A stretch of 64,000 nucleotides of DNA from Polaromonas sp. Lineage in GTDB: Bacteria; Pseudomonadota; Gammaproteobacteria; Burkholderiales; Burkholderiaceae_C. The stretch lies in contig NZ_DASQZG010000005.1 in assembly GCF_035638815.1 (NCBI RefSeq), forward strand, positions 11,613 to 75,612. The letters run 5' to 3'. A program made the position numbers and the translations under genes. The notes beneath the pieces were generated by a model, which worked only from the letters and a program-made list of their open reading frames with translations, was not told where the DNA came from and ran no database searches. This document shows, one piece after another, positions 10,353 to 18,692 of the stretch (within the stretch, counting starts at the first letter, position 1; each line of letters begins with the position of its first letter).

Positions 10353-10410
10353 GTGTACCCCTAGGTGTACCCCAGACTGCTTTTTAAATTCAGTCTTTCC
10401 GGGGGTACAC
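10353..10410 (+). promoter_or_regulatory. repeated GTGTACCCC motifs upstream of int (possible recombinase arm or autoregulatory sites)
   Basis: Direct copies at 10353-10361 and 10365-10373. Inverted copy gggggtacac at 10401-10410 abuts the int ATG. An agactg/cagtct inverted repeat flanks an AT-rich centre at 10375-10396. Confidence 0.35.
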
Positions 10411-10411
10411 C

Positions 10412-11731
10412 ATGGGACAGCTCAACGAGCTACAGATCAAGGCGGCGCAGCCGCGCGACAAGGAATACATGCTTTCAGACGGGGAGGGCTTGTACCTGCG
10501 CGTCAGACTCAACGGGAAGGTCTGGATCTACCGCTACAAGCATGCAGGCCAGCAGGCCAAGCTGAGCTTCGGCCCTTATCCAACAGTGACCCTGGCCGTG
10601 GCGCGCAGGAAGGCCCGCGGCGAGGCTGAGAAGCGCGCGGGCGGCATTGACCCCAGGGACGCGCGGCGAGAGCAGTTAGAGCGCGATAGGGTGTCTCGGC
10701 TGAATACGTTCGAGCTGATGGCACGCGCCTGGCATGCCCAAGCGCACCAAGACCGTCAGTGGTCCGCAGGTTACGCCGAAAAGGTAATGCGGCATCTGGA
10801 GTTGCACATCTTTCCGTGGCTGGGCACGTTGATCATGGAGGCTATCAAGCCTACTGAGCTAGTGCGTTGCCTGCATCGTATCAAGGAGCGTGGCAATCTG
10901 GAAACGGCGCAGCGCGTCCGGGAGGCTGTTCAGCATGTCTTTCAGTATGCGGTTGACGTGGGCGCGCTGGACCCTGCCAAAAACTTTGTCAATAGCCGGA
11001 CTGGAGGCTTGCCCGCGCCGCGTGCCCGTCACTACCCGGCTATTACAGATCCCGAGAAGCTGGGCCAACTGCTGCGCGACATTCAAGGGTACAAAGGCCA
11101 TGTCATCACGCGTGCCGCCCTGCAGCTTTCACCGATGCTTTTCCAGCGTCCAGGGCAGTTACGCTTGGCCGACTGGGAGGATATCAATTTTGAGCAGGCC
11201 ATGTGGCGCTGCCCTCCTGAGAAGATGAAGCTTCGCGAGTGGATGAAACGAGACACACGGACGCCAGCACACTTGGTGCCCTTGCCGACGCAGGCCTTAG
11301 AAATCTTGCGTGACATCTATCCACTGACGGGCCCCGCTGGACCAATTTTCCGCAGCATGGCGAAGCGTTCAGAGGCGAGCCGCCATATGAGCGATAACAC
11401 AATCAACAGCGCTTTGCGAACGTTAGGCTACGACACCAGAGAGCAGATCACGGGGCACGGTTTCCGGGCGACGGCCCGGACGCTGATCCGTGAGTTGCTA
11501 GGCTGGGATCGTGAAATCATCGAGCGGCATCTGGCTCACGTTTCCGACGAGGAGCTGGGCGGCAGCTACGACCGAACGACATTCCTAGATCAGCGCCGGA
11601 AGATGATTCAGCTTTGGGCCGACCTGCTGGACGATTTAGCCGCTGGCAAGGCAGTTGCGCTTGCCACGGACCTTCGTCGGTCAACTTCGATTGAAAAATC
11701 CTCGAGCCTACTGGAGGAGGCTGGCGCATAA
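10412..11731 (+). CDS. int: tyrosine integrase, P4-like (DUF4102 arm-binding N-terminus)
   Basis: N-terminus LSDGEGLYLRVRLNGKVWIYRYK...LSFGPYPTVTLAVARRKA. Catalytic region includes GHGFRATART, HLAH and GSYDR (R..HxxR..Y context). Confidence 0.9.
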   Translation: MGQLNELQIKAAQPRDKEYMLSDGEGLYLRVRLNGKVWIYRYKHAGQQAKLSFGPYPTVTLAVARRKARGEAEKRAGGIDPRDARREQLERDRVSRLNTFELMARAWHAQAHQDRQWSAGYAEKVMRHLELHIFPWLGTLIMEAIKPTELVRCLHRIKERGNLETAQRVREAVQHVFQYAVDVGALDPAKNFVNSRTGGLPAPRARHYPAITDPEKLGQLLRDIQGYKGHVITRAALQLSPMLFQRPGQLRLADWEDINFEQAMWRCPPEKMKLREWMKRDTRTPAHLVPLPTQALEILRDIYPLTGPAGPIFRSMAKRSEASRHMSDNTINSALRTLGYDTREQITGHGFRATARTLIRELLGWDREIIERHLAHVSDEELGGSYDRTTFLDQRRKMIQLWADLLDDLAAGKAVALATDLRRSTSIEKSSSLLEEAGA

Positions 11732-11976
11732 GCTTGAGCTTGCAGCCTAGCCGCTTTATAGCCTTCGGGGTCATCGACCCATTCTTGCAGTGCTGCGCTC
11801 GGCCAGGCCGATGCTCGACCACCCAAATGGACCGGTGGTGGAAAACGGCCCTCAGCAACGCGTCGATAAATAGTAGAACGACTGAGGGCAGCAATACGCA
11901 TAACGTCGCGTAACCGATAGAAGGCTGGTGGGACCTTGGAAGCCGGTAACTTGGGCGGGGATTTATGGAGAAACAT
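11608..11976 (-). CDS. alpA: AlpA-family phage/ICE regulatory protein (excisionase-like HTH)
   Basis: YRLRDVMRIAALSRSTIYRRVAEGRFPPPVHLGGRASAWPSAALQEWV matches the AlpA/Xis HTH pattern. ATG 11976 preceded by GAAGGA. The C-terminal tail overlaps the int 3' end. Confidence 0.7.
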   Translation of the reverse strand: MFLHKSPPKLPASKVPPAFYRLRDVMRIAALSRSTIYRRVAEGRFPPPVHLGGRASAWPSAALQEWVDDPEGYKAARLQAQAYAPASSSRLEDFSIEVDRRRSVASATALPAAKSSSRSAQS

Positions 11977-12101
11977 GCGAATCCTTCTCGAACGAGTTCG
12001 AGAGAATGCGTCTAAACAGGAATCCCGCCAACTCACGCGAGCGTGCTATGCCTTACCGGGGCGTAGCTCCTCAACCACCGAGGCGTCTGTTTTCAGTTGC
12101 G

Positions 12102-13031
12102 TCATAGTGCTTGTATGGACTTGGCGAGTTCGCGGGGATCTTTGTAGCCTGGTGCTAACTGGGCATTGTTTGCACCGTACAGCGCGAATGAATCGGGTAA
12201 CCAGAGAGCATATTCGATGCCATTGAGATGATGGTCGGGAGAGCAGTCCACAGACCATCGCCGCAACATATAGCCCGCATTCGCTGCTCGGACCTTTATC
12301 TTTAGTACGTCATCTCTCATGCCGTAATCCATGCACACGAGTCCCGGCCGCGGGTGGCTGGGGTGCGGTACCAGCGCTAAGCTGATGACTCGGCTCCATT
12401 GCTCATCGTCATTCGCCATCTCGCCCTTGCCGGCAGGGCTGTTCTCGAGCGCGACAGGGTTTTCCATCCGATTGAGGACGTAGTCACGGAACTCTTCGTG
12501 GTCTCGGTCATATGCCCGTACGTGCCAGCGAATACCTGTGTCTATGAGTGCGATGGGGACAAGCGTTTTCTCGGTTTTTCCGCTCTTAACCGACGTGTAG
12601 TGGAGCTTGACCGCGAGCTTCCGATTAATGGCCCGGGAAATCGGCGCAAGCACCGCAACGTCAGGAAGAGTAAGTGGCAAAGGAGTGTCGCTTGGAAGCA
12701 TTGCCTCCCAGTCCTCTCCTAATCCTTCCCCAAAGCCTTCGGACAGTGCAGTGAGCACTCGGCGTGCGGAATGTTTGAACAGTGGCTGAAAGTTTGGCGT
12801 CGGCCTGTAAACCTTTTCTGCCGGATCCATTTCGCAGTTCCCGGGAGCGAACCGTCTATACAGCGCGATATCTCGAGTTACACCGGAGGGGCCCATACCA
12901 AAGCGCTCAGCTACATCTTGCCGGCGAAGCTCCCCCAGGAAATACAGCATGAAATCTATGTGTGCCAATCTTTCTTGCTGCGCACGTGGGTGGTCCTTCA
13001 GCTCACGGCTGTCTTCTTCTTTAATGTCCAT
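12102..13031 (-). CDS. HTH-WYL domain transcriptional regulator (CapW/BrxR-like)
   Basis: N-terminal wHTH (QERLAHIDFMLYFLGELRRQDVAERFGMGPSGVTRDIALY). WYL-type core (KLHYTSVKSGKTEKTLVPIALIDTGIRWHVRAYDRDHEEFRDYVLNRM). Divergent from the Ubl operon. Confidence 0.8.
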   Translation of the reverse strand: MDIKEEDSRELKDHPRAQQERLAHIDFMLYFLGELRRQDVAERFGMGPSGVTRDIALYRRFAPGNCEMDPAEKVYRPTPNFQPLFKHSARRVLTALSEGFGEGLGEDWEAMLPSDTPLPLTLPDVAVLAPISRAINRKLAVKLHYTSVKSGKTEKTLVPIALIDTGIRWHVRAYDRDHEEFRDYVLNRMENPVALENSPAGKGEMANDDEQWSRVISLALVPHPSHPRPGLVCMDYGMRDDVLKIKVRAANAGYMLRRWSVDCSPDHHLNGIEYALWLPDSFALYGANNAQLAPGYKDPRELAKSIQAL

Positions 13032-13077
13032 GAACGAATGATAGATGAAAAAGCAACGACCATGAGACCAAAATGGA

Positions 13078-13108
13078 CCATTACATGCCCAAAATGATCA
13101 TGTAATGG
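13078..13108. promoter_or_regulatory. inverted repeat in the WYL/Bil divergent promoter (candidate operator)
   Basis: ccattacatg-N11-catgtaatgg, 10-bp perfect arms in an AT-rich stretch 47 nt upstream of the WYL start. Confidence 0.45.
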
Positions 13109-13337
13109 GTTCAATATGATATAGTCACGATATGAATTTGGAAAAGGAGCTAAATAGACGTCAGAAATAAAAAGCGGCCGAGAACAAAGTCCTCGACCGC
13201 CGGGGTGTACACGTAGCTTTCGCAACGGGCACGGTTTCGCAGCCGCCATTGTGTTGCTACTCACTTCGGCCGTCAAGGCTTGCCCCGAAAAGGCCGACCA
13301 GGGCGTCGGAAATTAACCAAAGAAGTGAGCAAACACT

Positions 13338-13646
13338 ATGAATGCAATCTCTCCTGGCGAGAAACTCGCCCTCAATGCCAACTTGGTGCTTCGCGTCCGG
13401 TACGCGCCGGTGAAGCAACCCTTCGTACAGCCCCAGACGCCGGCCAGCACCACGCTGGCTGCGGCCAAGGCTCTCGCGCTTACGCACTTCGGCTTGACCG
13501 AAGGCGCGGTCGACGGCGGAACGAAGACCTACGAGATCTCGGTCGATGAGACCGTGCAGACCAACCTCAGTCTGACGCTTGGCGAACTGGCCACCCATGG
13601 CCGGCAAATCGAGCTGCTGCTGATCGAGCAGTTCCAGCAGGGCTGA
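13338..13646 (+). CDS. bilA: ubiquitin-like beta-grasp protein ending in Gly (BilA-like)
   Basis: 102 aa; C-terminus ...LIEQFQQG-stop. First gene of the Ubl/E2/JAB/E1 operon; stop is 4 nt before the next ATG. Confidence 0.75.
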   Translation: MNAISPGEKLALNANLVLRVRYAPVKQPFVQPQTPASTTLAAAKALALTHFGLTEGAVDGGTKTYEISVDETVQTNLSLTLGELATHGRQIELLLIEQFQQG

Positions 13647-13650
13647 CGCA

Positions 13651-14088
13651 ATGGCAGCCGAGTACGACCTGGCAACGTTCGAAAGGGACTTTGCCGAGGC
13701 GCTCGAACTGCCGGCTGCATCGCGTTGGAGCCTGGAGAGGGACGTCGACGTCCCTCTCCAGGCAATTTGCACGATGCACCCTCGCAGCGCGCCGCACGAG
13801 TTCTACAGGGTCCGGCTGCGCTGGACCGATTACACGGCGCCGTTTTCCATCAAATTCTTGAGTTTGGAAACCGGCGCCGACAGCGACCAGCACGCCTGGC
13901 CCAACATGGACGGCGCGAACCCGGGCGGGTTTTTTCTGTGCGCACCGTTTAGCAAGGAGGGCAACGACCACCACAAGGAGTGGGAGAGCTCCCCTTCAAT
14001 CCGCTACAGGACGCCGGAGCAGCCGCTGGTTTTTGCCCTGTTGCAACTGCAGTTTCTGCTGGACAACAAATATAGAGGGAGGGGCTGA
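13651..14088 (+). CDS. bilB: E2-like ubiquitin-conjugating enzyme homologue (BilB-like)
   Basis: 145 aa. HPN-like context HAWPNMDGANPGGFFLCAPF with candidate catalytic Cys. Positioned between the Ubl and JAB genes. Confidence 0.7.
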   Translation: MAAEYDLATFERDFAEALELPAASRWSLERDVDVPLQAICTMHPRSAPHEFYRVRLRWTDYTAPFSIKFLSLETGADSDQHAWPNMDGANPGGFFLCAPFSKEGNDHHKEWESSPSIRYRTPEQPLVFALLQLQFLLDNKYRGRG

Positions 14089-14089
14089 A

Positions 14090-14599
14090 ATGGCTCAGAA
14101 AACATGGGACCTGCCGCGCGACCTGCTCGCGCAATCGATCCAGGTTATGCGCCCCTACGGCGCGATCGGTCATGAGGGCTTGGCCCTATGGTTTGGTGAC
14201 GACCGGGGTGATGCGGTGGAGATAACGCACCTGATCGTGCCGCATGGCCCGGGTTTGGTGACGCATCCGTTGCACTTGAGCTTATCGCTGCGGGCCATCG
14301 CGCGGCTCACGGGCCTGTCCGGACGGCTGGATCGCTATTGGGCCGGCCAGATCCACAGTCATCCCGGGGTGGATGTGCGACTTTCAGAAGTTGACAAGAG
14401 GATGGGAGTGCTGGTGCAAGACTACCTCTCCGTGGTTTGCCCGCATTACGCCCAGCAGCCCGTCACCGACCTGCGAGAGTGCGGCATCCACATTTTTGAC
14501 CGCGGTGCCTACCGCCAACTTGCACCAGCGGAAGTGGGCGCGCGCATTCATGTGAGCGAACGTACCGTAGAGGTCGTCCCGGTGGAGGTACCAGCATGA
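14090..14599 (+). CDS. bilC: JAB/MPN (JAMM) metallo-isopeptidase (BilC-like)
   Basis: ATG 14090 after AGGGAGGGG. Upstream Glu (GHEGLALWF) plus exact JAMM motif HSHPGVDVRLSEVD (HxHx7Sx2D). Confidence 0.85.
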   Translation: MAQKTWDLPRDLLAQSIQVMRPYGAIGHEGLALWFGDDRGDAVEITHLIVPHGPGLVTHPLHLSLSLRAIARLTGLSGRLDRYWAGQIHSHPGVDVRLSEVDKRMGVLVQDYLSVVCPHYAQQPVTDLRECGIHIFDRGAYRQLAPAEVGARIHVSERTVEVVPVEVPA

Positions 14600-16134
14600 A
14601 CGCACAGGACGAGACCTTGGTTTCCAGCAGACCAATGGGCGTCGCCGGCGAGCTGGGTGCGAAAGCACTCGAACCAGCGATCGTTTTTGGACGGCAAGTG
14701 ATACTGACGGGTGAGCTGGCGAGCTTGCGGGAGCAAAACGGCCGCTGGTGTTTTCTCGATAGCCTACGCCTGCTTTCGCGAGTGGTTGGCGACCTGACCG
14801 TGGTCCTGCCCGATGAACGCGGCGACTTTCACTTGGAGGTTGACGAGGTCGTTGCCGAACTTTGGAGTCAGGGCCGGGTCCGGCGAATTGGCGCAAAGGA
14901 TTGCGATTTCCTAGGCGCTACGGCCATCTTGAATGTGGGCAACACGGTCCGCCCTGACCTGCCGTGGACCTCCATCAACGCCAATGGTTGGATTGCTCGA
15001 TGCACTTCTGGTTCGAAACCGTTGCCAGAAGGCAGTGCCATCGCCAACCCCTTAGCGTGCATGCTCGCGGCATCGTTTGGCGTAGCGGAGGTTTTCAAGC
15101 GCATCTACGGTGTGCCGCCGCACAAGGCCGCGCCAATGAAGGACGTGGCCTTCTCGCTGTTCGAACTCAGCGTCGAGTTCACCGACTTCGGTCCGAGGCT
15201 TCCGGACTCTATTTCGCTGCCCAACACACTGCTTCTGGGTGCCGGCGCTATAGGCAACGGTATCGTCCTGTTATCGTCGCAGTTGCCGCTTCTTGGCCGG
15301 ATGCTGGTACTGGACAAGCAGGTGTTTGGTCCCGAAAACTATGCCACCTGCGCGCTGCTGGACGTCGCCGACTGGATCGGCAAGCCGAAGGCGAAGCGCT
15401 TGGCCGGGTGGCTAACTACGCGTTCTTGCCTCGCCGTCACGGGCGAGCAAGCCACCGTTCAGAGCGCGATGGACGACGGTCTGCTTGATGGCCTGCGTCC
15501 TGACCTTGTGATCAACGGTCTGGATGACATCGGCGCGCGAAAAGCTGTGCAGAAGGTCTGGCCCTCCTTGCTGGTGGACGGCGGCATTAACTCGGTGGGT
15601 GCAGCGGTTAGGGCGCACAGCATGTCGCACCGCCATCTTGCCTGCATGCGCTGCGCGTTCGTTGACCCTGTCCAGGACCACATCGACGCGCAATCAAGGG
15701 TCACCGGTCTGGCACGCGCTTCGCTCGAAGGCAACCAGGATCGCCCCATTACGGACGAAGACATCGCGCACGCGAGCTCGGAGCGCCGGGAATGGTTGAG
15801 GGCGCAGCAAAGGCAGGGTCGGACGGTCTGTTCTACGATGAACCTGGCGCAAGCCGAAGGGCTCGGGCTGGCGCTGGAGGAGGGCTTCCAGCCATCTGTG
15901 CCCTTCGTGGCCACCGCGTCGGCCGCTCTCGTTATGGCGCACGTTCTTCGCACTTTGTTGTGGCCGCAAATGAAGTTTTTTAGCGGCTTTCAGTTCGAGA
16001 GCGTTTTCGCTGGGGCGGACACGGCCCAGCGCTATAACAAGCTGGCCTCGCCTGGCTGTGAGTGCACGAGGAACAAGGTCATCATTGACACGATCCTGGC
16101 GCGCAGAGACGCCGCAGCATGTAAGGCGCGGTAG
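14596..16134 (+). CDS. bilD: E1-like ThiF/UBA-family adenylating enzyme (BilD-like)
   Basis: ATGA overlap with the JAB gene. Rossmann motif LLLGAGAIGNGIVLL. Cys-containing segments (HRHLACMRCAF, PGCECTRNK). 512 aa. Confidence 0.8.
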   Translation: MNAQDETLVSSRPMGVAGELGAKALEPAIVFGRQVILTGELASLREQNGRWCFLDSLRLLSRVVGDLTVVLPDERGDFHLEVDEVVAELWSQGRVRRIGAKDCDFLGATAILNVGNTVRPDLPWTSINANGWIARCTSGSKPLPEGSAIANPLACMLAASFGVAEVFKRIYGVPPHKAAPMKDVAFSLFELSVEFTDFGPRLPDSISLPNTLLLGAGAIGNGIVLLSSQLPLLGRMLVLDKQVFGPENYATCALLDVADWIGKPKAKRLAGWLTTRSCLAVTGEQATVQSAMDDGLLDGLRPDLVINGLDDIGARKAVQKVWPSLLVDGGINSVGAAVRAHSMSHRHLACMRCAFVDPVQDHIDAQSRVTGLARASLEGNQDRPITDEDIAHASSERREWLRAQQRQGRTVCSTMNLAQAEGLGLALEEGFQPSVPFVATASAALVMAHVLRTLLWPQMKFFSGFQFESVFAGADTAQRYNKLASPGCECTRNKVIIDTILARRDAAACKAR

Positions 16135-16283
16135 GGTCATTGGCCTTGTGGGGCTGACGGGGGTTAGCCCCGTGCGAAAGTGCGTCATGCGGACCTGCTC
16201 GCTACACGCGACGAATTGCGCCAACCGCTCTGTCGCCGCCATGCCGGAGCTACGTAAGGTCGCAGCCCGCGCTCGGCTAGCCA

Positions 16284-17480
16284 GTGGCCATTGAGCGTCG
16301 TGAGAAACGAAGCCCTACGACGCTGGCGCCGGGCATTACACTTGCAGGCTGGCCCAACCCCTACATGCGTCCACTCGCCTACAACCCAAAATACGCGCTC
16401 AACGCCATCTGTCCTTACTTCACGATGTTTCCGCTGGAGTACCCGCTAAGGGTACTTAGGAAGCATCGCAAGGATGCTCCGGTGGTGATTGACCCGTTCT
16501 GTGGTCGTGGCACGACGTTATTTGCAGCGCGGGCAATGGGACTTAAAAGTTGGGGAATCGATGCATCGCCCGTTGCGGTGGCGATTGCCAGGGCCAAGCT
16601 TTCCAATGCGACGGCCGATGAGGCGCTGAGCCTCGCTGGTTTCCTCGTTGCTGGGGTCAGGCCTGCGCACACGCCGAACAGTAAATTCTTCAGGAAAGCT
16701 TTTCACAAAAACACGCTTCGCGGCATTTGCGCCCTGCGAGAAGGGCTGAGTGCGGGCCTTCAGGACACTGATGCTTCAGTTCTCCTGCGGGCAGCTGTAC
16801 TGGGCTGCTTACACGGCCCCCTTTTGAAGAGCGGTCTGGCCTCGTATTTCTCGAATCAGATGCCGAGGACATTTGCGCCGAAGCCAGACTACGCGCTGAA
16901 GTTTTGGAGCGCGCGTCACATGGAGCCTCCCGAAGTGGATGTGCTCAAAGTACTCGAGCGAAAACTAAAGCTCATCGCCTCTTCGCGGGAACTGCAGAAG
17001 GCGCGCTTCACCAATGTGATCCACGGAGACTCCACCGTGGCCGCGTCATTGCCCAAAAAACGCGACTACTCATTGGTCGTGACCTCACCGCCTTACTACG
17101 GGATGCGTACCTATGTTCAGGACCAATGGCTGCGCAATTGGTTCTTGGGAGGGCCCGCGACAGTTGATTACGCAGCGGGCGTCCAGCTCGAGCACACCGG
17201 TACCGATGTGTTTGCCGAGTCGCTTGGCAAAGTGTGGAAGAACATGGCACGCACCGAAGCGGACACCCTCGACTTGTACGTGCGTTTTGGTGTGATTCCT
17301 TCGGCGAAGGTGGACGCTAAAGAGCTTGTCGAACGTTCGCTGGAAGCCGCGAATTCAGGTTTGCGCGTACTGTCTTGGCGCAACGGTCTTTCTGCGACTT
17401 CCGGCAAACGGCAGGCAGATCAGATGAAGGCGGATTCAGGAGCTTGTGACGAGTTCGACTTCCATATCGTTCGCCACTGA
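16284..17480 (+). CDS. DNA amino-methyltransferase (N6-adenine or N4-cytosine)
   Basis: SAM motif I DPFCGRGTT near the N-terminus and catalytic motif IV TSPPYYGMRTY about 195 aa later. Start uncertain (GTG 16284 or ATG 16365; no clear RBS). Confidence 0.75.
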   Translation: MAIERREKRSPTTLAPGITLAGWPNPYMRPLAYNPKYALNAICPYFTMFPLEYPLRVLRKHRKDAPVVIDPFCGRGTTLFAARAMGLKSWGIDASPVAVAIARAKLSNATADEALSLAGFLVAGVRPAHTPNSKFFRKAFHKNTLRGICALREGLSAGLQDTDASVLLRAAVLGCLHGPLLKSGLASYFSNQMPRTFAPKPDYALKFWSARHMEPPEVDVLKVLERKLKLIASSRELQKARFTNVIHGDSTVAASLPKKRDYSLVVTSPPYYGMRTYVQDQWLRNWFLGGPATVDYAAGVQLEHTGTDVFAESLGKVWKNMARTEADTLDLYVRFGVIPSAKVDAKELVERSLEAANSGLRVLSWRNGLSATSGKRQADQMKADSGACDEFDFHIVRH

Positions 17481-18683
17481 GGCGGTCGATTGCTTCCTGC
17501 CAGCATAGGCGCGAACCAGTCCATCGAGGCTGCAATGAAGTCCAGCGGCCTTTAACCGTTTCTTGCGCTTGCTGAACAATGTCGCAAGGAGCGGTTGCTT
17601 CTCGGCCGGCGTGCCGCGGTGGATTCGCGCGTGGCACATCGGGCACAGCGCCACCACATTGGCGGGCACGTCAAGACTGGCGTGTGAGTACCGATGCTGA
17701 TGGTGGAGCGGGATGACGTGATGCGCCTCGACATAGTGCCTATGAGTCGAGGCGGCTATGAACAGCTGATTCCCGCAATCAGCTTCGCATGTGTGCTCAA
17801 CGGAAACGATAGCTGTTGCTGCAACGGAAGGATCCCGGTCGTAGACGGTGACCCACGTCGATCGCTTTGGTGGTGGAGGAACGGGAATGTCATACAAGGG
17901 CCCGCTGAGCTGAAGCTTCGCCGCGCGCTCTACCACTTCCGCTTGGAATATGGCTTCGTTCATTCGACCTCGTGCCTCGGCAATGCCGGCCAAATCGCCG
18001 GCTACTCCGGAGGGTATTGCCGCATACACATCCAGGATCTTCTCAACGGCATTCCGCAGGTCCACTGGAAAATTTGAGTCAATGGATGCGAGGTCGAACT
18101 TGCGGCTCAGGATGGCGCCGCGTTCGTAGGCTTTCCCATACCGCATCCTCGCGGAGAGCTCGATCCGGCCAGGTGCAAAGCCCTGAGGGGCCGGCAGACC
18201 ATCGGCGGTTTCGCCGGCAACCAATTCGACCGCTTCCAATACTTCGAGTCCCTCGAATCGATTCTCGAACTGCGCAATCCCTTGGTTGAGCGAGAGCCAC
18301 AGCGATTTGCAATTCTCATCGAACAGAAACGCCAGATACACCCCGCGCGTGGGCGTGGTCGTCACATCCTTGCGCATGACCATCACGTAAGGGATGAGGG
18401 TGTAGCGGCGACCCTTTTGGCCGGCGGAGGCCTTGATCGAAAGGGAGGGGTGATCTCTGACGGCGGACTCTATCCAGCCCTTGATGCGGTGCTCCAAGGC
18501 AACGACCGACGCCGGCGCCATCGCATCATGAAAGCGCATCGCTTTTGTAACCCGTCCTTCATTGTTGCGCCCTCCGGTGTCCAGTACGTACTGATCACGA
18601 ACGACCTGAACAGCGGCGAGGAACGCAATGTCCGCGACTTCGCCATCATCAGTCGAAATGGACATGGCATAACCCTTGTTCAT
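17436..18683 (-). CDS. DUF3578 (McrB-N-like DNA-reader) - HNH endonuclease
   Basis: DUF3578 signature KASAGQKGRRYTLIPYVMVMRKDVTTTPTRGVYLAFLFDENCKSLWLSLNQG. C-terminal HNH: YVEAHHVIPL...NVVALCPMCHARIH. Alternative start ATG 18665 has a better RBS (AAGGG). Confidence 0.8.
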   Translation of the reverse strand: MNKGYAMSISTDDGEVADIAFLAAVQVVRDQYVLDTGGRNNEGRVTKAMRFHDAMAPASVVALEHRIKGWIESAVRDHPSLSIKASAGQKGRRYTLIPYVMVMRKDVTTTPTRGVYLAFLFDENCKSLWLSLNQGIAQFENRFEGLEVLEAVELVAGETADGLPAPQGFAPGRIELSARMRYGKAYERGAILSRKFDLASIDSNFPVDLRNAVEKILDVYAAIPSGVAGDLAGIAEARGRMNEAIFQAEVVERAAKLQLSGPLYDIPVPPPPKRSTWVTVYDRDPSVAATAIVSVEHTCEADCGNQLFIAASTHRHYVEAHHVIPLHHQHRYSHASLDVPANVVALCPMCHARIHRGTPAEKQPLLATLFSKRKKRLKAAGLHCSLDGLVRAYAGRKQSTASVANDMEVELVTSS

Positions 18684-18692
18684 GAAATTCTG

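Noticed and set aside
13165-13200. Imperfect hairpin gcggccgag-N9-ctcgaccgc preceded by an A-run, considered as a minus-strand terminator
   Set aside because: The stem has a mismatch, and there is no upstream minus-strand gene to terminate. It lies inside a divergent promoter region.
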